The notes under the pieces were generated by a model. The model searched no databases. It was not told the origin of the DNA and worked only from the letters and a program-made list of their open reading frames with translations. The position numbers were made by a program, and so were the translations under genes. This document shows positions 1 to 10,600 of a stretch of 64,000 nt of DNA, in pieces. How positions within the stretch are numbered: position 1 is the stretch's first letter; each line of letters starts with the position of its first letter. This stretch comes from Octopus bimaculoides (lineage: Eukaryota): NCBI RefSeq assembly GCF_001194135.2, contig NC_068984.1, positions 16,785,168 through 16,849,167 of the forward strand, given 5' to 3'.

Positions 1-3000
1 AAGTAGCTATCGTATTAGCAAATTATAGCACCAATTAAATTCCGTGCTTTGAAAACACTTAGAGATTCTCAGCTCTCATAAATACCAAAGAGCTATCATC
101 ACACAAACACCCTTTCTTTTCTTTATGTGAATTATTAATAACCTTATTCAATCCTTCTCAGAAGACATAACCATACTTTGTTTAAATCCTGTCTTGTCTT
201 CTGTTAATATCAAAAACACCTAACAGCTATCTATGTTTTCCCCATCAACAATGATCTCCCATATATCCTCTCACAGAATATGACAATTTAATGATATTTA
301 GCAATATGCGGTGTTGAGTCAATCTCTTATTTCTCATGAATATTAATCAGTTTAAAGGTTTCCATTCACAAGATTCCTGTATTAACTATCTGAGATCTAT
401 CTTATGTTCTCAACCATACCGAAATTGCATAAGCAACACTTTATATTCTCTTGAGAGCTAAAATATATTTCATCTTTAGTCATTATTTTCTCTCTTCAAA
501 GCTTAAATATATTTAAAATGTTCATCCTCTTTAATCATTTAAATATTAAGAAGACATTTTAAAAAGATGTATTTGCATTATTAATAAGGTTTGCTGAAAA
601 TGTTTGCTTGCTAACATTACAGATATCTTGTTTCTATTTCAAGAGAAAAATCAACAAACCACACACTAACTCCCCACCAACCCACTTGTTTTTTATTATT
701 TATTACCCACGCTCTATTCTCCTTCCTAAAGACTTTCTGGAAGTATAAATGCAGTCCATTATTCCACTAAACTTGTCAAATTCCATCCTTGTCCATGTGT
801 TTCTAAACCAACTTTCAAAATTTCAAAATTTCACATTAATTGCATCAGTCTTGCATGTTTTAGTATATTTTGGTGGACTTAGACAGTGAGCTGACAGAAT
901 CATTAGCACACCAGGCAAAACGCTTTGCAGCATTTCATATCTTTACATTCTGGGTTCGAATTCTGCCAAGGTCAATCCATTCACATTATTTTACCTTGTG
1001 GATATGCCTTTACACTTTGTCACTAACATCTTTATTTCTCTTGTCAGAGCCATCCCAAGTACTCCTACACACTCTTATCTAATATGAAGTAGCTATGTAT
1101 CCCCTCCACAGCAACAAACCTGTTCTTGTTGCTTTTATCTTACTTTAATATCTTAACACCTAGCATAAAGCTTCCTCTCTTTGTCTACTATTTTGCCCCC
1201 CACCCCATCCCCCACTTTGTCGAGGGTGCTTTTTAGTCTTGAAAGTTACATGGCGACCTCACTGTGCTAGGGTCACAAAAAAGGCACCCGGGACACTCTG
1301 TAAAGTGGTTGACATTATGAAAGGAATCCAATCATAGAAACCATACCAAAGCAGACATAGGCACATGAGGCAATCCTTAAAACTGTTAGATCATGTCAAA
1401 CCACCCAACCCATGCCAACATGGAAGACACATAGATGATGATGATGATGATGATGACGGTCCCCATGGACAGAATTGATTAAAATAATAAACACTTACCA
1501 TTGTGATAAATGAAGGTAATGGCTAAAAGAAATCTCAATTCAAAGAAAGCAAATTTGAACTCTCAAACATTCCAAAGCTGATTTTAAAATGTTCCATAGC
1601 AACAGCTAAAGCTATTTAACAACTCTTGCTATCGCATTTATATAACCTAATCTGGAATAGCAGCTGTATTGCAGATCAATAGTAGAAGTTGAACAGACCC
1701 ATAATTCATTAGATTCCATGTGGAAATTATTATCTCTGCTTTGGGAAAAATGTAAAAATCTCACCTCTATATGTTAAAATAGTGAAGGTCATATTCATCC
1801 AGACATCTTAATGACCAAACTCGATATTGTAAACTTAATTACAGCAGTTTTTCTAGCAACTGTTGATGAACAGTTACACAACAGAAATAATTTTTTTATA
1901 TAATTCCTCAAATAACGTTTTCATCATGAAGTAAATTTGATGCTATTCTCTGTACAAGAAGTATGTATTTCAAAGTGGAAAACCAGAAAACTTCATAGAA
2001 CTAAGTGCTGAAGGCAAAGAATGTCTTTTTCATCATTCGTTGTGTGGTGTATGCATGCGAGTAGATGTAATCGCCTTACCTCGGTTTTCCTTTCGTCGAC
2101 TGCGAGTCTGTCTTGCAGTATCCAATCCTTGAAGCTTGCCCCGACCCAAAGAACACTAGGAATAGCAGCTGCTTCTCCCAAGCCTAGACCGTCGCTTAGC
2201 ACGTCTTCTCCTGACCACAACCCCGTTCGAAAAGGGCATGAATCCCGATCGAGGCTCCCTCTGCCCTTCTTCCTCTTCCGGTCAACTCGCCCTTCTGGTC
2301 AGCCTCCCCAGTCACTGACGTCATACCACACGTTGAAAGTTCATGACCAGCTTTATTATGCTCAAGCTGTTTTCAGAAGCGAGTGCCTAGCATCAAGTAC
2401 TCTTACCATCTCTCCACTCATTGATGAGCCATGAAGGAAAGACAAGTCATTATGTTCACAGCATCCATGAATCCACAGGGGGTGCCAGATATTGGTTAAG
2501 TATAACCATACATATCTGCTTTAGGGTCTCTCCTACAGGATTTTCTGTAGGGGTTTACTCACTTAACCTTCTTTTAAATGCTCAATAAATAACACCACAA
2601 GGCAGCAGAGGTTTGAATTAGGAATTATCCTCATCCTAGACAGATGTCCCTGGAGAGGTGTAATGGGCCATATCTACTTGTGTGTGTGTGTGTGTTTTCA
2701 GCAGATGACAAATGGTAATATCCTTAATGCTTTAAAGGGCCTCTGAAACTGATAAGTTATTCACAGACTGGAAACTTGGTCCAAATACTTAGACCAGAAT
2801 CAAAACCATGGAGACATCCAAGAGCAGGCATGATATCTCCAATAATCTTCCACACAGTTTAGTTCTAATTTAGGAAATTTGACTCACAACATTGGACTGA
2901 CTCCTGTGCAGGTGGCACATAAGAAACACCATTTGAGTGTGGCCGTTGCCATTACTGCCGGACTGGCCCTCGTGCTGGTGGCACGTAAAAAGCACCCACT

Positions 3001-4235
3001 ACACTCTCTGAGTGGTTGGCATTAGGAAGGGCATCCAGCTGTAGAAGCTCTGCCAGATCAGATTTGAGTCTGGTGTAGCCATCTGGTTCGCCAGTCCCCA
3101 GTCAAATCATCTAATCCATGCTAGCATGGAGGGCGGACGTTAAATGATGATGATGGATTTGGCCAATGGGTGTTCAAACTGGAAAATGTTCTGGATACAT
3201 AATATCAGAAAAGAAAATTGGATGGTAGAAGATACTTTCCTAAGGTGGTATGCAGTTGGGAATCAAACTTAGTACCACTTAACTGAAAAGCGAATTTAAC
3301 TATGCTTGAACCCAAGGTGTATTATTACAACCTGAACATAGATAGCACTGCAATGCTTTTTTATAGATAATACTCTATGTAGTTTGTTTTATCTCAAGAG
3401 AGTCATTATGCCAATAATAAATACACACTGGTTCTATTTCAATTCTGTTATTATTTGTCAATTTGTTAACATTTAACAAACAAACTAATCAATTGTTTGA
3501 TTAATCAATCAATCAGACAGGTTTATCACAGTCCTCCTGTCACCATCTGTGACCTCATCAATGAGATATTCTCTCAACTCCAAGTAGCTGTCTGTCTAAG
3601 TGTATTACAGCATGTCTATTTTTTACACTGGAGAGGAAGCATAACAACCAGAATTGTTTATCTTCAGCTCATTCTTGTTTTATGTAACTTACCAAAGACT
3701 TTTCAGTCTAGCCCATCCAATTTTCTTTTCTGATATTATGTATCCAGAACATTTTCCAGTTTGAACACCCATTTTAAGACGATAGGATATGATTTAGGGA
3801 ATAACAGCTGCTGTTTCTAGCAGATTTAGAAACTGAGTATAATCAGTATTGGCTCAACCAGAATTATTTGATAAACTGGTTAAACTGGTTTATTTTCATT
3901 AGCATTAGTTTGTAATGCTAATAAAAATCTTATATGATTTTACTGCTTCTGGATTCTACCTCAAATATAATTAATAGTTCTCTTAAATTATAAAATAGAA
4001 TATTATCAAGTACTTGTGACATGAAACAAAAGCCAAATGCTCTGTCATTGACAATAGATCTTATAAATAAAAGAATTCTGACTTACATTTATCAAAAATT
4101 AAAATATGAACAGCTGCTTAAATCTTACAATATTACTATTCAGCAAGATTATTGTCTTGCAAAAATACATTACAACTGCTCTAATATATTCTTTATTTAG
4201 TTCAATTATGTAACTGAAATCTCATCTCAGATTTG

Positions 4236-4290
4236 TGTGCATATGCATGTGCATATATGTATGTATGTATGTATGTATGTATATAGGTCC

Positions 4291-4329
<39 letters not shown>

Positions 4330-4338
4330 GTATGTATG

Positions 4339-4391
<53 letters not shown>

Positions 4392-4412
4392 AATATGTAT
4401 ATATATATATAC
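4236..4412. repeat. Compound (ATGT)n/(AT)n microsatellite
   Basis: Read directly from the sequence. Confidence 0.95.
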
Positions 4413-4754
4413 TTATTTTGTTGTCATCTTTTGCTGAACTACTAAGTTACAGAGATGTAAACAAACCAACACTGGCTGTCTAGCAGTGGGGGAAGACAAA
4501 CATACACACAATGGGCATCCACAGTTTCTGTCTACCAAAATTCACTCACAAGGCATTGGTCAACACCCAGGGCTATAGTAGAAAACACTTGTTGAAGTTG
4601 CTGCACAGTGGAGTTGAACCCAAAACCACATGCTAGCAAAGCAAGCTTATTAATCACACTGCCATGCCTATCTGTTTCATGGAGATGATTATTTTTACGT
4701 TTGGCTCTTGGGGAAGGAACAATGCTGGTAGCCTTCATAGACCTTCTGAGATCA

Positions 4755-5035
4755 GTGAGATTGATGGCATTAATATTCCACTTAAACTATTTCAAGTCTT
4801 CATCTACAAGAAAGACATGTATAGGAAGGTAGTTACAGTTAACCAATGTTCTGGAATGGAAGAAGTAGAAGTTATGGCTATTACAGGACTAGTTGGGCTA
4901 GAAGCAACAAGAGTGATGACAGGAGGAGAGACATGCGAGAGGAGTCTGGGAGAAGATAGTACAAGGCCAGCCAGATCCAAGAAGCAGAGGCCATTATAGT
5001 AGTGGGAGAAAAGGCAGGACTAAGCAACAGGCTCT
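4755..5035 (-). mobile_element. Degenerate CR1-clade-like LINE ORF2 C-terminal fragment
   Basis: Minus-strand translation with frameshift: HYYNGLCFLDLAGLV...RTLVNCNYLPIHVFLVDEDLK*FKWNINAINL, resembling the YYxGxC...RT..WN.LP..VFP..L..FK end of CR1-type ORF2. Confidence 0.55.
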
Positions 5036-5894
5036 CAGTGGGTCAGAGACTGAGACATATTTTTGAGTGGCTTTATGCTTATCAATCACGTGACTGTAAC
5101 GAAGGAATATTTGATTGGTTGACAGAACTAAAATCTGTATGAAATTCAAATACAAAAATATTTGAGTCGTACAGTTTGCATGAAGCATTGCCTGGTATAT
5201 ACCTTCCATCTGCTTGTTTCAGTCATTAGACTGGGGCTCTAACTTGAAGAATTTTTTAGTCAAATGAACTGACCCCAGTACCTATTTTCTTTTTTAAGTC
5301 TGGTACTTATTCTATTGGTCTCTTTTGCCAAACTACTAAGTTATGGTGACATAAACACACCCACACTGGTTGTCAAGCAGTGGTGGTGGACAAACACAGA
5401 CACAAACATGCACACACACATAATGGGCTTTTTTCAGTTTCTTTCTACCAAATTCACTCACAAGGCTTAGGTTGTCCTGTGGCTATAGTAGAAGACACTT
5501 GCCCTAGGTGCCATGCAGTGGGACTGAACCCAGAACCAAATGTTTTTAATTATTATAGTTTTCTGTAAAGTCAAAATAATGCAAGTTACAAGAAATAATA
5601 TATGTCAATGATTTGTACATCCTGAAGACGGGGTTCTAACCCTGACATATTGCAGCAGCAAATTAAAGTACAAGCTATCGACTAGTATTATTTCTAATAG
5701 CTTGCATTATTTTGGCTTTATAAAAAATAAATAATAAAAATATTTTCATAATTAACAATAAAGCTTTAGGTGTTTTTATTCAATAAACACTCACAACACC
5801 CAGTCTGGGAATTGAAACAACAATCCTACGACCGCGAGTCCACTGCCCTAACCACTGGGCCATTGCACCTCCACACACATACACACACACACAC

Positions 5895-6188
5895 ATCATC
5901 ATCATCATCATTGTTTAACGTCCGCCTTCCATGCTAGCATGGGTTGGACGATTTGGCTGAGGACTGGTGAACCAGATGGCTGCACCAGGCTCCAATCTGA
6001 TCTGGCAGAGTTTCTACAGCTGGATGCCCTTCCTAACGCCAACCACTCCAAGAGTGTAGTGGGTGCTTTTACGTGCCACCGGCACGAAGGCCAGTCAGGC
6101 AGTACTGGCAACGGCTACGCTCAAAATGGTTTTTTTTACATGCTGCCTGCACAGGAGCCAGTCCAGCGGCACTGGCAACGACCTCGCA
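5895..6188 (-). mobile_element. RTE-tailed non-autonomous retroelement (family C)
   Basis: Same sequence as the other family C copies: GGCACGTAAAAGCACC units, GTTGGCGTTAGGAAGGGCATCCAGCTG core, CCCATGCTAGCATGGAA..GGACGTTAAA(GAT)n tail. Confidence 0.85.
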
Positions 6189-6538
6189 TATATGTTGGAC
6201 ACATAAGAGGTGCAGCAACATCAAAGGCAGGTTAACTAGCAAGTTAGTTTTTGTTTGTGGCAGATGTTCAGGTGCAATAAAGACTGCAAACAAACAGGAA
6301 ACAACTTCTATCTCATTCCAGGGTGAAAAACTAGAGGTAGTCGATAGCTTCCGCTATCTGGGCGACCAAGTTAGTAGTGGGGGTGGGTGCGCTGAAAGTG
6401 TAGCTGCTAGAATAAGAATAGCCTGGGCAAAGTTTAGAGAGCTCTTACCCCTGCTGGCGACAAAGGGACTCTCACTCAGAGTAAAAGGCAGACTGTATGA
6501 CGCATGCGTACGAACAACCATGCTACATGGCAGTGAAA
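6189..6538 (+). mobile_element. RTE-clade LINE reverse transcriptase fragment, running into an assembly gap
   Basis: Open frame WTHKRCSNIKGRL...FVCGRC...LEVVDSFRYLGDQV...ARIRIAWAKFRELLPLL...KGRLYDACVRTTMLHGSE (RT thumb motifs of RTE elements). Confidence 0.9.
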
Positions 6539-7028
6539 NNNNNNNNNNNNNNNNNNNNNNNNNNNNNNNNNNNNNNNNNNNNNNNNNNNNNNNNNNNNNN
6601 NNNNNNNNNNNNNNNNNNNNNNNNNNNNNNNNNNNNNNNNNNNNNNNNNNNNNNNNNNNNNNNNNNNNNNNNNNNNNNNNNNNNNNNNNNNNNNNNNNNN
6701 NNNNNNNNNNNNNNNNNNNNNNNNNNNNNNNNNNNNNNNNNNNNNNNNNNNNNNNNNNNNNNNNNNNNNNNNNNNNNNNNNNNNNNNNNNNNNNNNNNNN
6801 NNNNNNNNNNNNNNNNNNNNNNNNNNNNNNNNNNNNNNNNNNNNNNNNNNNNNNNNNNNNNNNNNNNNNNNNNNNNNNNNNNNNNNNNNNNNNNNNNNNN
6901 NNNNNNNNNNNNNNNNNNNNNNNNNNNNNNNNNNNNNNNNNNNNNNNNNNNNNNNNNNNNNNNNNNNNNNNNNNNNNNNNNNNNNNNNNNNNNNNNNNNN
7001 NNNNNNNNNNNNNNNNNNNNNNNNNNNN
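6539..7028. other. Assembly gap
   Basis: Run of N between an RTE fragment and a family C copy. Confidence 1.
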
Positions 7029-7222
7029 GTGCGGGTGACACGTAAAAGCACCCACTACACTCTCTGAGTGGTTGGCGTTAGGAAGGGCATCCAGCTGTAG
7101 AAACTCTGCCAAATCAGACTGGAGCCTGGTGTTGCCATCCGGTTTCACCAGTCCTCAGTCAAATCGTCCAACCCATGCTAGCATGGAAAGCGGACGTTAA
7201 ACGATGATGATGATGATGATGA
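7029..7222 (+). mobile_element. Family C element (young subfamily)
   Basis: 180 of 182 nt identical to the inverted copy at 13161-13342; ends in (GAT)n. Confidence 0.9.
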
Positions 7223-7453
7223 TATATACATATGCGTCAGACATTTCCCATCTCTAAATGAAGAATTAAAATATTTTACTATAGTTTTGTACTTGCATGG
7301 CAAGACCAAACGATTTCTCTGCAGTTTTCTGAGGACTAATGCTAAACCAAATAATACCAGCTATATTTTCCTTGAATTTGAAATAAATTCTGTTTATGAA
7401 ATCTATGATCAATAAAGATTTAATGAGCAATGTTTAACTTATCTTCTTTTTAG

Positions 7454-7622
7454 GTATGGATCTTCAGTTTTCTCTGGATATGGGAGTCACATGGGAACTT
7501 TTTCAGACTGCCTGCACTCCTTCCGATATAGACTGTGCCAGCTATCATCAGAGCAGTCGATTTATGTCTGATATTTACCATGGATGGAATAGAATTACAT
7601 TGCCTGTCCCTTATTATGCAAA
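7454..7622 (+). CDS. RELN: Reelin exon (repeat 6A Asp-box)
   Basis: tttttag|GT ATG GAT...GCA AA|gtaag; MDLQFSLDMGVTWELFQTACTPSDIDCASYHQSSRFMSDIYHGWNRITLPVPYYA. Confidence 0.93.
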
Positions 7623-10600
7623 GTAAGACAGCAATATCTTTTTAACATTTTTGTTTTGTTTTTTTTAACTTGTTTCAGCCATTGAACTGTTGCCAAGCTG
7701 GAGCACTGCCTTGAAATGTTTTAGTCAAACAGTGCTCTCTTTTTATTTCATGTCTGGTATTTATTCTATCAGTCTCTTTTGCTGAGCTGCTAAGTTACAA
7801 GGACATAAAAAAACAAAACCAGTTGTCAAGTGTAAACACAGGCTCAAAATGTACACACACTTATCTGATGGGCTTCCACCATTAGCATAGCTAGTGGGGG
7901 GTGCCTTAGGGGCAGTTCGCCCTGGGCAGTTCACCCTGGGCAGCCCTTTCAGTGGGGCACCACTTTTGAGTCTGCTGTAGGGAATATGTGTTTTTTTTTT
8001 TGTGGTTTCAGGGGGTGGAAAACAGAAGGGCTGCCCTGGGTGGCACACACTCTAGCTATGCTAGTAGCTTCCATACAATTTCTGTCCACCAAATCCACTC
8101 ACAAGGCATTGGTCACTCTGAGCCTACAGAAAACACTTGCCCAAGGTGTCATATAGTGGAACTGAACCTGAAATCACTTAGGTGCAGAGTGAGCTTCTTA
8201 ACCACACAGCAATGTTTTCAAAAGAAAAGAACACTAATTTCAGAAATTATAACAAAACACATGAAGTATTAGATTAAATTGAATTTTGTATGTATAAATT
8301 TTAAAATATATTTCAATTTTCACATTGGTAAAACTTGACATTTTCAATTCTCTGTCATCATTTGCTTCTCTGTTCAGTACAAAAAACTTATTTTTCAGAC
8401 TAGTCATACCTTGAACTCAGTACAGGTTATAGAGCATATTCTTTTCTCATTTAATGGGATCCTTCTGGCAACAATAGAATGTTAGTGTCTGAACAATCAT
8501 ATCATGCTAGAAACTCTGAGTAGCTATTGATTGTGTCACCAGCTTTGTGCAAATATATTTACTCTATCTACTTTTCTATATATTACTCTATCTATGTCCC
8601 TCTTGAAAACATCTTTTTTCTTTCTTTTCCTCTTACTGATCTTGGTGTTATTTCTATTAAATAATTTGTTATACATATGACTAGGTGGGAATGATTTATT
8701 AATTTGTGTTTAGAGGTTGCTGGAAATACTTGATCTTATTTAAGCTAAAGTAATGGATGAACCAAATTATATTCTATTTTCTACATATTATATTCTGTTT
8801 TCAGCAATTACTGCTCTTTCTTAAGAAATTGATCTCATCTTTATATTTGCATTTACTTAATGTCCCATAATAATAACTGACAGTTTTATCAAATGTTAAA
8901 TTATCTGTTTAAATGTTAAATATTCTTTTATTTATGTTACTGATTTACAAATATACCTGTAGGGTGGTTGAAATCTTTATCAGTATACATAAGGTTTTCA
9001 TTCAGTTTTCTGTAAAGTCAATGTCTATCTGCCAACAGGTAACATCTAAAAAGTTGACTGATATTAGTGGTTATTATGGTGTTGAGGCCAAGTTCATTCA
9101 AACGTGCTTATTGGGGCTATTTTAATCTTATCTAACTTTCAGCTAGTCTTGTGTGAAAATGCAAAACCATCATCCCTATATAAACCTGTTTTTTTAAGGT
9201 TTTAAATATACTTTTGAATATATCTAGAATATGTAATCCAATTGTGAAGACACATGGTTTAATGGTTAGAGTATTTGGCTCACAATCATAAAGTTGTAGG
9301 TTCAATTCCTTGACTGAGTGGCACATTGTATTCTTGAGCAAGGCACTTCATTTTATATTGCTTTAGTTTACTCAGTTGTAAGGAGTACTCCTATCTGTCA
9401 CATCCTAAATGTTCCACTGGATCAAGGATGAGGGGACTGAGAGGGTGTCTTATGTTTACATAAACACCTAAAACAAATAGTGAAAACATGATACATGTTA
9501 CCAAACCATACTCACTAGTGAATGACAGCTGGCTATGTTATCTAATCAAATCACATACCTTAGCTTCATCAAAGTTCTCCATCCTTACATCAACAAAATA
9601 GGGCTTTTCTGACAAACAATTATATCTACATTATTGCTGTTGATAATGAATGTTTCTTGCCAAATCCCAGTCGTCTGTTGAAGAAAGGGTTGGAAATTGA
9701 TGGATACAATTCAACAATGTCAAAATATGAGAACCTGAATTTACTATTAAACCAACCAACTATATTATTATTCTGGTTCCACAGTTGCCAGTTGATGATT
9801 TTTCAAATATTTTTGCAGATATTAAGTAAAATCTATTTTCTAACTACACTAAATTTGTTCTTTACCAAGAATATAACACTGCTCATGGGGTTAACTGTGA
9901 AATTATCTTTGTGGTCTTTGAAGGTGGTGTATTTTTACATTTGGTTAGACATTCTATCTTCTTATTACACTTCAGGCAAGTAACAAAGATGTTTCAATAT
10001 CATAGGTGCTACTATTGTTTGTGTAATGTCGTTTGTTGGAAGTCTGCTGTAGTTATCTATATCTAGTTTATATATAAGTTTAAAACTTTATCAAAAAATG
10101 TGTATAATTAAAGATGTTGAATTGTCAAAAGCATTAGAATACAGTAGAATACAGTAAATAGAATGTCTCACTCTATACATTCTGGATCTCTACACTCTGA
10201 TTTCAAATCTCACTGAGATCAACTTTGCATTTCATCTTTCAAGGGTCAATAAATAAAGTACTCTAGCAAGGGCAGTGGATTGGTAGAAATCTTAGAAGCA
10301 CCCATGCTGGTGTTGTGTAGAAAAGCACTTGTTCAGGGCCACATAAAAAGTGCCTGCGCTGGTTCCACATAAAAAGCACTCATGCCAAGGCCTCACAAAA
10401 TGCACCGGTGTTGGTGCCATGTATAAAGTATCCATGCTGGTGCCACGTAAAAAGCACCCAGTACACTCTGTAAAGTGGTTGGCATTATGAAGGGCATAAC
10501 ATAACCATGCCAAAACAGACAATCGGAGCTTGAGTAGCTCTCTAACTGGCCAGCTCCTATCAATCCATCCAACTTGTCAGACCACCACCAGCATGGAGAA

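Noticed and set aside
4202-4437. ORFs of YI/MYV repeats
   Set aside because: Translations of AT and ATGT microsatellites
5615-5660. Hammerhead-like CTGAAGA, GC stem, GACA
   Set aside because: GAAA is replaced by GACA, there is an extra base before stem II, and I found no convincing stems I and III. At best a decayed Penelope-type remnant.
6354-7148. Long ORFs spanning N runs (also at 13.2-14.3, 42.7-43.6 and 61.6-62.5 kb)
   Set aside because: Artefacts of unknown bases; only the RTE part at 6189-6538 has real coding signal
1-7453. Upstream Reelin exon containing the Lys2360 equivalent
   Set aside because: No frame with Reelin motifs and splice sites was found; it is presumably upstream of the window or, less likely, in the 6539-7028 gap
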